A stretch of DNA of 64,000 bases from an uncultured Gemmatimonadales bacterium (GTDB taxonomy: Bacteria; Gemmatimonadota; Gemmatimonadetes; Gemmatimonadales; Gemmatimonadaceae). This document shows, piece by piece, positions 1-10,181 of the stretch. A program made the translations under genes and the position numbers. The stretch covers positions 1,289,150 to 1,353,149 of the forward strand of contig CAVTUF010000001.1 in NCBI GenBank assembly GCA_963737895.1. Reading direction: 5' to 3'. Every line of letters starts with the position of its first letter. Position 1 is the stretch's first letter. Under the pieces are notes generated by a model, which had not been told where the DNA came from, did not search any database, and saw only the letters and a program-made list of their open reading frames with translations.

Positions 1-870
1 ACGGGTCCCGGTGTATTCTGGACGGACGAGGTCTCCAGTCTGGCCGATGCCCGTGAGGTGCTGACCCGGTATTCCGATTTCTACCAGACCCACACGCTCA
101 AGCAGTACATGGTCGGCGACCGTATGGTGCGCCAGTGGGTCCTGATCGCGGCCCGCGAGCAGGGGATCACCCCGACGCTCGAGGGCGGGCTGGACTTCCG
201 GAAGAACATGACCGAAGCGATCGACGGATACGCGGGAAGCGAGCACGCGTACGCGATCATGCCGCTCTACAACGACATCGTGCAACTCGTCGCGTCGAGC
301 GGAATTACGTACACGCCGACGCTCATTGTCGAATACGGTGGCCCATGGGCGGAGAACTACTGGTTCGAGCACTATGACATCCACGGTGATCCGAAGCTGC
401 GGCATTTTACGCCGCACGACGAAATCGATCGCCGCGGCCTCCGGCGCCCAGGATGGTTCGCCGACAGCCAGTACAGCTTCAATCAGGTGGCCGCGGGGGC
501 CGCAAAGATCGTCGCGGCTGGTGGCCGCGTCGGCCTGGGCGGACACGGCGAGCTACAGGGGCTCGGCACCCACTTCGAGCTGTGGTCGATCGCGAGTGGC
601 GGCATGCCGCTCCACGACGTGCTGCGCGTCGGCACGATCTTCGGCGCTGAGGCCATCGGCGTCGACAAGGACCTCGGCTCGCTCGAGCCGGGCAAGCTGG
701 CCGATCTTCAGGTGCTGGACAAGAATCCGCTGGATGACATTCGCAACACCAACACGATCGCTTACGTCATGCGAAATGGGCGCCTTTACGACGCCAACAC
801 ACTCAAGGAGATCTACCCGCGGGAGCGTGAGATTCAAGCACCATATTGGTGGCGTCCAGCCGAACAGTGA
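1..870 (+). CDS. amidohydrolase-family protein, C-terminal part (5' end outside window)
   Basis: Frame 1 is open from nt 1 to the TGA at 868-870. The tail ...GSLEPGKLADLQVLDKNPLDDIRNTNTIAYVMRNGRLYD resembles the conserved C-terminus of metal-dependent amidohydrolases. Confidence 0.7.
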   Translation, partial: TGPGVFWTDEVSSLADAREVLTRYSDFYQTHTLKQYMVGDRMVRQWVLIAAREQGITPTLEGGLDFRKNMTEAIDGYAGSEHAYAIMPLYNDIVQLVASSGITYTPTLIVEYGGPWAENYWFEHYDIHGDPKLRHFTPHDEIDRRGLRRPGWFADSQYSFNQVAAGAAKIVAAGGRVGLGGHGELQGLGTHFELWSIASGGMPLHDVLRVGTIFGAEAIGVDKDLGSLEPGKLADLQVLDKNPLDDIRNTNTIAYVMRNGRLYDANTLKEIYPREREIQAPYWWRPAEQ

Positions 871-1059
871 CTGGTTGACGGCACCGGGCATTTCTATTCC
901 GCGTTCGCCCTTGCGATCGCGGTCATGGGCATCGGAGTGGTGTCGTGGCTTGCAGTCGTTCCCCGCATCGCACCCCTCGATTGGACGACCCGGCCGCGCA
1001 TCGCGGCCAACGTAGTCCCTGAGGCAGCCTGACCGCGCTCACTCCGCGCCCGGCAGCCC

Positions 1060-1731
1060 TTACAGCACCGGCAGCAAGTCGATGACCGCGTGCGCGAGCA
1101 TGTTCGAGCGGAGACCCTTTCGCAGCCATGCGAACAGCCCGAAGATGCACCCCCACACGGCGATGAGCGCCACTTTCTTCGGCCCCTGATACGCGTGGAC
1201 CATGCCGAAGATGACGCCTTGCCCCAGGATGCCAATGGTGACGCTCCCGGTCCAGGCGGACAGTTGCTGCTGGAGATATCCGCGAAACACGGTCTCTTCG
1301 CAGATACCGGCGCTGGTCGCGAGCACGATCCAGAGAGCGACCTCCACCCCGTTCGCCGGAAGCATCCCCTCCGTCGATGCAAATCCGGTGGACCCCAGTA
1401 CCCGCACGACTACCGGGGCAACCAACAGCAGCACCCCGGCGAGCATCGCCGCCATCGGAATATCCCAGAGAAGCGCCCGAGGACTCTTCCACGCGCGCGC
1501 GACGTAACCGGTGAACGCCGAATCGCTACGCCACAGAGAGACCCCGAACACCGCCCATTCGAATGCGATCGCCATCGTGTACAGCGGAATGTGCCCGATC
1601 CGCGGCGCCCCCGACACGGGTCGCGCATACACGAAAAACCCCCCGAACGCTGCGACGAGCGCCATCAGGCAGCAGGTGTGCCACACCGGCGCGATCGGAG
1701 CCGGCGAGACACCGGAGCGGTTCGTGGTCAT
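1060..1731 (-). CDS. CPBP-family intramembrane metalloprotease
   Basis: ATG at 1731 gives a multi-TM protein with CPBP motifs EETVFRGY, FGMVHA and HAVID. The upstream part of the 333-aa ORF is Arg/Gly-rich and looks non-coding. Confidence 0.8.
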   Translation of the reverse strand: MTTNRSGVSPAPIAPVWHTCCLMALVAAFGGFFVYARPVSGAPRIGHIPLYTMAIAFEWAVFGVSLWRSDSAFTGYVARAWKSPRALLWDIPMAAMLAGVLLLVAPVVVRVLGSTGFASTEGMLPANGVEVALWIVLATSAGICEETVFRGYLQQQLSAWTGSVTIGILGQGVIFGMVHAYQGPKKVALIAVWGCIFGLFAWLRKGLRSNMLAHAVIDLLPVL

Positions 1732-1827
1732 CGGGGCCCGAGCGACCGGCTGACGGCACTGCCAATGTACAACGATCGAAGGTGCTGCCGTGTCGTATCT
1801 CCATCCGCCACCCACAGGAGTGCCATC

Positions 1828-2370
1828 GTGCCTCTCTCGTTTGGACAATTCGCTGTCACGCCACGCTCGCTGTCCTGCACGTTGGTGGTTCTCGCGGCAT
1901 TTGCGCTCGGTGCCGCCCCCGCCACCACCGCGGGATGCGCGGCTCCCGAATACCGTAAGTTCGACTTCTGGATCGGCGACTGGGATGTCTTCGTGAACGA
2001 CAAGCCCGCGGGGCACAACCTCGTCACGCGCGAGCAGGACGGATGCCTGCTCGTCGAGCACTGGACGTCGTCAATCGGCGGACAGACCGGCACGAGTTTC
2101 AACTACTATGACATCCGCGACCGGAAGTGGCACCAGCTCTACCTCGACAACTCGGGCAATGCAGGTGCCTACCCGGCAATGGCCGGCGATCTCGAGGGCG
2201 GGAAGATGGTGCTGCGTACCGATCCCGCCACCAAGCCACTGTCGCGCTGGACGTGGTCCGTCATCGCGCCCGGCAAGGTCAGGCAGATGGCGGAAGCCTC
2301 ATCCGACAACGGCGCCACGTGGAAGATCACCTGGAACTCGGTGTACGTCCTGCGGGCCGCATCACAGTAG
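1828..2370 (+). CDS. small secreted protein of unknown function
   Basis: GTG at 1828 is preceded by AGGAG (1816-1820). It has a signal-peptide-like N-terminus (LVVLAAFALGAAPATTAGC) followed by FDFWIGDWDV... The family is not recognised with confidence. The rest of the 426-aa ORF is antisense shadow of the CPBP gene. Confidence 0.6.
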   Translation: MPLSFGQFAVTPRSLSCTLVVLAAFALGAAPATTAGCAAPEYRKFDFWIGDWDVFVNDKPAGHNLVTREQDGCLLVEHWTSSIGGQTGTSFNYYDIRDRKWHQLYLDNSGNAGAYPAMAGDLEGGKMVLRTDPATKPLSRWTWSVIAPGKVRQMAEASSDNGATWKITWNSVYVLRAASQ

Positions 2371-2396
2371 CCGGACGACTCGGCGCGCCGCGACGC

Positions 2397-5300
2397 CTAC
2401 TCTTTCACGTCAACGGTGCGCACGTTGTCCTCGGGAGTCCGGTCGATCAGCTTGTTGTACGGATCGATCCCCGCTTTGACGGGGCGCTCGGACACGACGA
2501 AATCCACCGACATCTGATTGGCGGCCACGTGTACTTTGCGGACCGCCAGCGGCTTCCCCAGCTTGTTGCCTGGCTCGGGCGCGCCAAATACGCCAGCATC
2601 AATGTAATCAGCCACCGGGATCTCGGTCTGGTTGCCCAGGCTGTCCGCCCGGAGCTTCTTCGCCGAGAACGCGAGGTGCACAGCGTAGGTCCCATCGGAG
2701 CGTTTGGCCGCCGTCGCCGTATCCGCCCTGTTGTCGTACAGCGTGATGGTCTCGAACAGGTCGTGGATCACGTACTGCAGTGAGTCCGGCGTGACTGCAC
2801 GCAGGTACTGCAGCAGATCTGTCGTGACGGTGTAGGGCGGATTCTGGAATCCCTTGTCCTTCAGATACCGGTGCAGCGCTGCGTTGAGTGAATCCTCGCC
2901 AATGTAGTCGCGCAGCGCGTAGAAGGCGAGCGAGCCCTTGTTGTAGTGGATGTAGGGCTGCCCTTCCACCAGCATGAGCGGTAATTCCTTCTTTTTTTCT
3001 CCGCTCCGGCCGCTGAGATACCTATCCAGCTCATAGCGCAGGAACTTCTGGGCGTGCGACACACCGTATCGTTTTTCCATCACGGTGAGCGCCGAGTACT
3101 CCGCCAATGACTCCGTGAGCATCGCCGCGCCCTGTACGTTGGCCGGCACAATCTGATGGGCCCACCACTGATGGGCCAGCTCGTGAGCGGTCACGAAGAG
3201 CGGCCAGTCGAGATCGTCATCCCGGTCGCGGACGCGCGCGACGAACCCGATGCCTTCGGAATACGGGATCGTGTTCGGAAATGACTCCGCGAATACCTGA
3301 TATCGGGGGAACTCGATAATTCGGTACTGCCGGAACTGGTAGGGGCTGAAGTTCGTGGTGTAGTAGTCCAGTCCACGCTTCGTCGCGTCGATCATCCGAT
3401 CGACGTCGTACTCGTGTCCGGCGTGATAGTAGACCTCGATCGCGACGCCCTTGTACGCATCGTGGCGCATTACGTAGCGAGCTGACTGGATCGAGTAGAA
3501 GTTCAGGATCGGCGTGTCCATATGGTAGTAGAACACGCGCCGGCCATTTTCCGTTGTGTCGCGCTGGAGATACCCCGGGGCGATCGCGGTCTGGCCTGGC
3601 GCAGTGGACACCACGGCATCGAACGTGATCCAGTCCGCGTCCGTTGACAGTCCGTCCCGGCGCGCCACCATGTCGCCGATCGGCTTCGCCCGCGCCTTGG
3701 GACCCAGCTTGTGCTCTTTGCGCTTGTCATCATCCGACAACTCGGGGGTCTCGTCGTAGCCCAGACCCGGGAAGTAGGAGTTGTTGAGGAACGTCCCGTT
3801 GGCCACGATGTCGTTGTTCGGGTTGGCATTCGGAAAGCCAACTGGCGTGAAATGGCCGCCGAACGACAGCGTCAGTGAATCGCCCGGCGCGAGTGGGGTC
3901 GCGAGCCGGTAGAGGTAGACTCCACGCCCGCTATCAGCGAGCAGTATTCGGTTTGGTTTGCTCCACACGAGTGAATCAGCGTGAAACCCGCCCCCAGCGA
4001 ACACGCCTCCGTTGATATTCGACCCGAATCCCACAGCGGGCAGGCTGACCAGCAGGCTGTCGAGAGGCCGCGCCCGCTTGTTCACGATCCGATAGACACT
4101 CTGCACGCCGAACTCACGTCGCTCCGGCACGAGATCCGCCCGGATGCGCACGCCCACGATCCGCGGCTGCGCCAGATCCTTGAAATGCCGGTAGTCCTTC
4201 TCGTACGTGGCCTGGCGTTTTTCGATCTCCTTGGTTCCGGCGAACGCGTTCAGAACCGCGGTGTTGTAGAAGACGAAGCTGCCGCTGGCGAGCGCACCCG
4301 CTGCGGTCAAGCCACCGGCCAGCTTGGTGGCGCCGGGCTGCCAGCGGGCGGCAGCACTCTTCAACCGGGCGGGCCACCCGTCGTCGGCACCCCGTAGCCA
4401 GAACAGGTACGCCACCACGAGCAGCACCGCGGCGATCGCGCAGTTGTAGATCGTGACCCACGTCATGAACGGCGCGTAGTGCCCGAACCGGTTCATGTCG
4501 GAGTAAATGAACGTGGGCGGCTGGCCATACTGGTACAGGACACGCTCGAATCCCCAGGTACCCAGCACCGCCGTCAGGACATAGAACAGGATCATGACGA
4601 CATGGCCGACGTACTTGTTGTTGATGAGCGTGTGCACCAGCAACGCGAGCGCCGTAAGCTCGATCGTGGTCGGCCAGACCACGCCCACGAGCGCCTGCAG
4701 GTAGAGCGGAAACTCGTAGTTGTGATAGCCCTTGATTGTCTGCACGCCCACGGTCGCCAGCACTGCGACCAGCGTCAGCACACCCATCGCGCCGAGGAAT
4801 CCCAGGAACTTGCCGCCGGCAACGACGGATGTCGGGACAGGAAGTGCGTCGGTCGCGCCGTCGGCGCGTAATTGGCGCTCGCGCCATACCAGTTCGCCCG
4901 CGTAGATCGTCGTCAGCAAAATGGTGAACAGGACCAGCCCACCATTGAGAATGCCGATCATCTCCGCCGTCACGGGCCAGATCGGCGTCCCGTACTGGCG
5001 ATCCACATTCCAGGCGGCCAGACTGACGTTGACCAGGGCGATGATGGCGATCGCGAGGAAGACGGGCTCCCGGACGATCGAAACGAAATAGAACCGGCAC
5101 AGCCCCATCATCTGCTGGACACGCGCCCGCGCATCGAAATGGAGGCCGGGCGCGCGAACGCTGACGCCGCCGAAGCCGCTGGCCGCGGGACGCGGGACGG
5201 AAGCCGGCACCGCCCGCGGACGGCGCCGCAGCCAGGCAGGCAGCAGTGGCACCGCCTCGACTTCCAACCGAACCACGGCGAATGCGACGCCAAGGATGAC

Positions 5301-6053
5301 GACGGCAAGTCCGATCCAGAGGGCGCGGTTCCACAGCATTGGCCCGGTCAGCATGATGTCCCGCGTGTTCTTGTCGGCCACGGTCCAGTACCGTGTCACC
5401 AGACCGCTCGTGGAAAGTGCGAACGGATCCACAATCGCGCCAAGTAGACGCTTGTCGAGGTCGCGGAGGATGTTCTGTGAAATCGCCCAGATAGCGAAGA
5501 GTGCGACTCCCTGGACGTAGATGGACAGCAGATTGCGGGTGATGGCGCCCACGGCGAAGAACAGAGCGCTCACGAACAGAATGTTGGGAACGACGATGAT
5601 GAGGAAGGGACGCAGATAGCTCATCAGCCGGAACTGCTGCAGCCGGTCGTGATCGACCCACGGCATCCAAGTCCCCACCAGCGAGCCCAGTGGCAGAGCG
5701 AGGTAGATCAGCAGCATGACCACGCACGCACCGGCGAACCGGCCCGCCAGGTAGCCGTTTCGGGTGATACGGGTGGTGAACAGAAGCTCGTGCGACTTGA
5801 GCTGTACGTCACGGAGGATCGCCGTACCCATCAGGGCTGTCGTGATGGTCTGCCCGATCGCGCACATGACCGCCATCGTCTGCGCCAGAATGATCGGCGC
5901 GTTCTTCATCACCTGTCCCTGGTTGTCGAAGATCAGGAAGGCATCGGACGCCATCCCGAAAAACGTCAGCAGAAACATCGTCGCGAAGAACAGGTACGTG
6001 CTCGGCCGGCGCCTGTGATAGTCGAGTTCAAATCGGAAGACGGTCCAGAACAC
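2397..6053 (-). CDS. ABC-2-type permease fused to an M1-family (gluzincin) aminopeptidase domain
   Basis: 1218-aa ORF. The N-terminal half is two blocks of hydrophobic ABC-2-like helices. The C-terminal half carries the zinc signature HELAHQWW...LTESLAEY. Confidence 0.85.
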   Translation of the reverse strand: MFWTVFRFELDYHRRRPSTYLFFATMFLLTFFGMASDAFLIFDNQGQVMKNAPIILAQTMAVMCAIGQTITTALMGTAILRDVQLKSHELLFTTRITRNGYLAGRFAGACVVMLLIYLALPLGSLVGTWMPWVDHDRLQQFRLMSYLRPFLIIVVPNILFVSALFFAVGAITRNLLSIYVQGVALFAIWAISQNILRDLDKRLLGAIVDPFALSTSGLVTRYWTVADKNTRDIMLTGPMLWNRALWIGLAVVILGVAFAVVRLEVEAVPLLPAWLRRRPRAVPASVPRPAASGFGGVSVRAPGLHFDARARVQQMMGLCRFYFVSIVREPVFLAIAIIALVNVSLAAWNVDRQYGTPIWPVTAEMIGILNGGLVLFTILLTTIYAGELVWRERQLRADGATDALPVPTSVVAGGKFLGFLGAMGVLTLVAVLATVGVQTIKGYHNYEFPLYLQALVGVVWPTTIELTALALLVHTLINNKYVGHVVMILFYVLTAVLGTWGFERVLYQYGQPPTFIYSDMNRFGHYAPFMTWVTIYNCAIAAVLLVVAYLFWLRGADDGWPARLKSAAARWQPGATKLAGGLTAAGALASGSFVFYNTAVLNAFAGTKEIEKRQATYEKDYRHFKDLAQPRIVGVRIRADLVPERREFGVQSVYRIVNKRARPLDSLLVSLPAVGFGSNINGGVFAGGGFHADSLVWSKPNRILLADSGRGVYLYRLATPLAPGDSLTLSFGGHFTPVGFPNANPNNDIVANGTFLNNSYFPGLGYDETPELSDDDKRKEHKLGPKARAKPIGDMVARRDGLSTDADWITFDAVVSTAPGQTAIAPGYLQRDTTENGRRVFYYHMDTPILNFYSIQSARYVMRHDAYKGVAIEVYYHAGHEYDVDRMIDATKRGLDYYTTNFSPYQFRQYRIIEFPRYQVFAESFPNTIPYSEGIGFVARVRDRDDDLDWPLFVTAHELAHQWWAHQIVPANVQGAAMLTESLAEYSALTVMEKRYGVSHAQKFLRYELDRYLSGRSGEKKKELPLMLVEGQPYIHYNKGSLAFYALRDYIGEDSLNAALHRYLKDKGFQNPPYTVTTDLLQYLRAVTPDSLQYVIHDLFETITLYDNRADTATAAKRSDGTYAVHLAFSAKKLRADSLGNQTEIPVADYIDAGVFGAPEPGNKLGKPLAVRKVHVAANQMSVDFVVSERPVKAGIDPYNKLIDRTPEDNVRTVDVKE

Positions 6054-6126
6054 GGCGAATGCCTCGGATGACGGAAGGGGACAGACTGGCGCGGGATCGG
6101 CGGGCGAGCCGGCCCGGTGTCGCGCC

Positions 6127-7008
6127 CTAGGCGGTCACGGCCTGGGCGCCCAGGCAATGGAAATACACGTCCTCCAATCCGGCTTCGATCGGTGTGAACC
6201 CGTGGCCGGGATCGGTTTCGCTGAATACGTGCACCATCGGAGTGCCAGCGACCAGACGGGTCGAGATCACCTCGTACTGGGAAGAGATCGCCGCCAGATC
6301 CGGGCGCTGCACCGCGCGCCGCCACACGTGGCCGCGCAACTCTTCGATCACCGCCGCGGGATCGCCCGTCAGCACGACGGCGCCCTGATTGATGATCGCC
6401 ATCCGGTGGCAGAGCTCACGAACGTCATCCACGATGTGCGTTGACAGTATGACGATGACGTCCTGGCCGATCTCCCCGAGCAGGTTGAGGAACCGTCGGC
6501 GCTCGGTCGGATCGAGACCCGCCGTCGGCTCGTCGACGATCAGCAGCCTCGGGCTTCCGGCCAGCGCGATCGCAATGCCAAGGCGCTGCTTCATCCCGCC
6601 GGAGTATCCGCCGACTTTCTTGTTCCGCACCTCGTAAAGGTTCGTCTGTTGCAGCAACGCCTGCACCAGGTCGCGTCGCTCGCCTCTCACCGTCACGCCC
6701 TTCAGTTCGGCGAAGTGATCCAGCACGCTTTCCGCGGACTGGTTGGGATACAGTCCGAACTCCTGTGGCAGATACCCGAGCTGCTTCCGCAGCTCGGCCG
6801 GCTGCGCCAGCACATCGATCTCGCCGAGGTGGATCGTGCCGGAATCGGGCCGCTGGAGCGTCGCGATGGTGCGCATTAGGGTGGACTTGCCCGCCCCGTT
6901 CGGACCGAGCAGTCCGAACATCCCGGGCGCGACGCTCAACGTGACGTCCCGGAGGGCTCGCACGCCGTTGTCATAGGTCTTGGATAGCCCTTCGATCACC
7001 AGTTCCAC
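6127..7008 (-). CDS. ABC transporter ATP-binding protein
   Basis: Walker A GPNGAGKST, ABC signature SGGMKQR and Walker B LLIVDEPTAGLD. It lies directly upstream of, and co-directional with, the permease/M1 gene. Confidence 0.92.
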   Translation of the reverse strand: MELVIEGLSKTYDNGVRALRDVTLSVAPGMFGLLGPNGAGKSTLMRTIATLQRPDSGTIHLGEIDVLAQPAELRKQLGYLPQEFGLYPNQSAESVLDHFAELKGVTVRGERRDLVQALLQQTNLYEVRNKKVGGYSGGMKQRLGIAIALAGSPRLLIVDEPTAGLDPTERRRFLNLLGEIGQDVIVILSTHIVDDVRELCHRMAIINQGAVVLTGDPAAVIEELRGHVWRRAVQRPDLAAISSQYEVISTRLVAGTPMVHVFSETDPGHGFTPIEAGLEDVYFHCLGAQAVTA

Positions 7009-7278
7009 ATCTTCCCCTGGGTCCAGAGTTTGGCAGTGGCCGCCGGCCTCGCTGCTGCCCTACGCGACGCGATCACAATGCGTTTCAGCGCGCCGCCCGG
7101 ATCCGCCCCGCTGGCGATTCAGTGCCGCCCGCGCAACCCGTAATGTTCTGATCGGATGCGGCGATGCAATGGTTGCCACGCGGCATGCCCGTAGCCCTGG
7201 CGCCAGAGCACTCTGGCGAGGCCAATTGCCACCCGGCACGCCTCTCGGGGCTTGTCTAAGCGTCAGGCCATCACTGGC

Positions 7279-8095
7279 TTATGGGGCTTGATGACCGCCG
7301 TTCGGGGGTTTCTGAGCGCGACACCGCGGATCGCCGGCCTTCGAGGAGCGTGCGGTCCGCGGCTCCAACGCCGGGCCAGGCGTCAGGTCGCAGAACACAA
7401 ATCCGTCGCGCTCCACCACCGAACCAACGATGATGGGCACGGGCCGGATGAATACGGGACCGTTGAACACGAATGTGTGGAACTCGCCGTTCTCGCCGCA
7501 GGGATCGGCGCCGCCGGGCAGATCCTGCAGGAGCTTGGAATCGAACAGGCGCCCCGCGAACGACGGGCCGATCTTCGCGGGGTCCACGCACACGAGCACG
7601 GCCTCGAATCCGCGATCGATGAACTCACGCGCCAGCGCCCGGGTGTCGCGCAACCACAATGGAAAGAGCGCGCGCATGCCGAGTGCGGCGAGCTGCCGCT
7701 CGCGGTACGCACGCACGTCGGACAGAAACAGGTCGCCAAATGCGATGCGCGTCGCACCCGCCGCGCGGACCGGTGCGACTGCCGCGGCGAACGCAGCCTC
7801 GTAGCTGTCGTTGGAGGCGTGAACGGGGATGCGCGCCTCGAATGAGCGGCAGCCCGACCGCAGCCGCCTGAGCCTGGAGCAGCGCTCGCCGAACCCCGTG
7901 CATGCTGATCCGCTCGTAACCTGCCGTCACGGTGGTGATCAGCCCACACACGCGAACGTCTGCCGCAGCACGCAACGCGCCGAGCGCCAACGCGCTGTCC
8001 TTGCCCCCGCTCCAGGCGAGGAGCACCGGCTCTCTGGAGTCCCCGGGTGTCGCCGAAACGAGATCGGCGGCTGATTCTTCAGGAACTGCTTTCAT
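7279..8095 (-). pseudogene. Dph6-related / MJ0570-type ATP pyrophosphatase (adenine nucleotide alpha-hydrolase), interrupted by a 1-nt frameshift near 7840
   Basis: The N-terminal ORF has the PP-loop LLAWSGGKDS and runs to ...AAAVGLPLI. The sequence continues sensibly only in the frame of ORF 7279..7716: EARIPVHASNDSYEAAF...DVRAYRERQLAALGM...GENGEFHTFV. After 7840 the first frame turns Arg-rich. Confidence 0.75.
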
Positions 8096-8268
8096 GCTGT
8101 GAACATACGTCCAACGCGCATCGATGATCTCGGAAAAAGAGGTGCGGGAATGATTCATCGCCACACACGTCCGAGCTACCGGGGCCGGGCGAACCCAAGC
8201 TACCTGAGCGAGGGCGCCCGGCACTACTTTGCGGCTCACACCCCCACCGGCCGCACGAGACTCGGCGT

Positions 8269-9306
8269 TTGATGCAAATCGGCATCTATACTTTCGCGGA
8301 CACATCGCCCGATCCAGCCACCGGCGCGACTATCAGTAGCGCGCAGCGGCTTCGCCAGGTGCTCGAAGAGATCGAGCTCGCGGACCAAGCCGGACTCGAC
8401 GTGTTCGGCGTCGGCGAGCACCACCGCGTCGATTTCGCGGCGTCTGCCCCGGCCGTGGTTCTCGCCGCCGGCGCCGAACGCTCGAAGCGGATCCGCCTCA
8501 CGAGCGCGGTCACGGTTCTCAGCTCCGATGACCCGGTTCGGGTCTTTCAGGATTTCGCAACACTGGACCTGATTTCCGGCGGACGCGCGGAGATCATGGC
8601 CGGACGCGGATCGTTCATTGAATCGTTTCCGCTGTTCGGCTACGACCTCGACGACTACGACGAGTTGTTCGCCGAGAAGCTGGGGCTATTGCTGGAAATT
8701 CGCGACCACGTCCGCGTGACGTGGTCGGGCAAGCACCGTCCCGCCCTCGACGGCCTCGCGGTCTATCCGCGCCCGATCCAGGAGCCGCTCCCGGTGTGGA
8801 TCGCGGTCGGCGGCACCGAACATTCGGTGATGCGCGCCGCTACACTCGGGCTGCCCATGGCGCTGGCCATCATCGGCGGCGCGCCGGAACGTTTCGCGCC
8901 CCTGGTCACGCTCTATCGCGAGACGGCCCGGCGGACGGGGCACGACCCCGCACAATTGCCCGTCAGCATCAACTCGCACACGTTCGTTGCCGCCAGCTCA
9001 CAGCAGGCGGCGGACGACTTCTTCCCCTCGTACGCGGCGACCATGACGAAGATCGGCCGCGAGCGGGGCTGGCCGCCGGTCACGCGGCATCAGTACGAAG
9101 CACTGCGCTCACCTCGCGGTGCGCTGCTCGTGGGCAGCCCGCAGGAAGTGATCGACAAGATCATGTTCCAGTACCAGCTCTTCGGCCACCAGCGCTTCCT
9201 TGCCCAGCTCGGCGTCGGCGCCATCCCGCACGACAAGGTCATGCACTCGATCGAGCTGCTCGGCACCCAGGTTGCTCCAGTCGTCCGACGGGAAATCACG
9301 GGGTAA
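8269..9306 (+). CDS. LLM-class (luciferase-like) flavin-dependent oxidoreductase
   Basis: 345 aa. The pattern MQIGIYTF...FGVGEHH...[14 protein letters not shown]...VWIAVGG is typical of the luciferase-like monooxygenase class. Confidence 0.85.
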   Translation: MMQIGIYTFADTSPDPATGATISSAQRLRQVLEEIELADQAGLDVFGVGEHHRVDFAASAPAVVLAAGAERSKRIRLTSAVTVLSSDDPVRVFQDFATLDLISGGRAEIMAGRGSFIESFPLFGYDLDDYDELFAEKLGLLLEIRDHVRVTWSGKHRPALDGLAVYPRPIQEPLPVWIAVGGTEHSVMRAATLGLPMALAIIGGAPERFAPLVTLYRETARRTGHDPAQLPVSINSHTFVAASSQQAADDFFPSYAATMTKIGRERGWPPVTRHQYEALRSPRGALLVGSPQEVIDKIMFQYQLFGHQRFLAQLGVGAIPHDKVMHSIELLGTQVAPVVRREITG

Positions 9307-9398
9307 GTGCCGCCGCGCACCAATTCGTCGCCGGTTGGGGCGGGTCATGATCCGCCCTCTGTGGTTGCCGTTACACCACCGCCTGTAGCCCACGCCAC

Positions 9399-9438
9399 GG
9401 GGGCCGCTCGAATACGGCCCCCGCGGCAGAAGCCGCGG
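9399..9438. terminator. two GC-rich hairpins between convergent genes
   Basis: GGGGGCCG-ctcgaata-CGGCCCCC (9399-9422) is followed by CCGCGGC-agaa-GCCGCGG (9421-9438). There is no clear U-tract. Confidence 0.45.
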
Positions 9439-9455
9439 CCAGTGCGCGATGCTGC

Positions 9456-10056
9456 CTACTTGGACCAGGGCGGTTTGACGCCGTTCATCCTGGAGTAAGC
9501 GATGAGCTGCCCCAGATGCTCGTGCATGTCAGCGGCCATGCCAAGCGATGTCTCGAGGATCGTATAGTTCCCGCCGAACAGTTTCCTCGAGCCAACCAGG
9601 TTGGCGGGATCGACGCCACCCACCGCCGATTGCGCGTACGCAAACCCTTCCTTGAGGTGTTTGAGCACGTCGGCCTTGGTGGACATCTTCTCGAATGCCT
9701 GGACGGCCGGCTGCCCCTTGGCAATGACTGGCGAGCGCTCGGCGCCGAACGACATCGGCACATACAATGTAGTACTCGCTCGCGACATGCATGAACACCT
9801 CGCCGATGGAGCGCACGCCAGGCGCCGGACGCCAGGAGTACTTCTCAGCCGGTATCGCCTCCGCCAGCGCCAGGTACTTCGACTGGAGCGTGTCGAGATC
9901 GAGCAGATACTGCTTGCGGACTTCGGTCGCCGCGGCGCGGTCCGGGACGTCCTGCGCCCGCGCGATGACGGAGAATCCGGATGTTCCGGCCGCCATCACC
10001 ACCAGAACGGCACATCGCCGGGCGAGCCGTTGCATTGACAAGGATGTCTGATCCAT
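9456..10056 (-). pseudogene. DinB-family protein with signal peptide, interrupted by a 1-nt frameshift near 9762
   Basis: The N-terminal ORF (ATG 10056) reads ...GVRSIGEVFMHVASEYYIV and then turns Arg-rich. The adjacent frame continues VPMSFGAERSP...DMHEHLGQLIAYSRMNGVKPPWSK, a typical DinB C-terminus. Confidence 0.75.
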
Positions 10057-10181
10057 AGTGCTGTTCCTCAGGGTGGAATCGTGAGAGCATTGGTACGGGC
10101 TCGAGCGGGCCCCGCCCGCCAGTGGGTCGTTGGACACCCTGCCGCCGTCGACCGTTGTCGGCGAACCGGGCGTCCGCGGGA

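Noticed and set aside
4114-5727. Long alternative-frame ORFs: this 537-aa one, plus 20788..22185, 23342..24538, 30838..32292, 42348..43679, 43196..44227 and 61683..62858.
   Set aside because: All lie inside or antisense to genes with strong family signatures. Their translations are Arg/Pro/Gly-rich low-complexity sequence typical of shadow ORFs in high-GC DNA.
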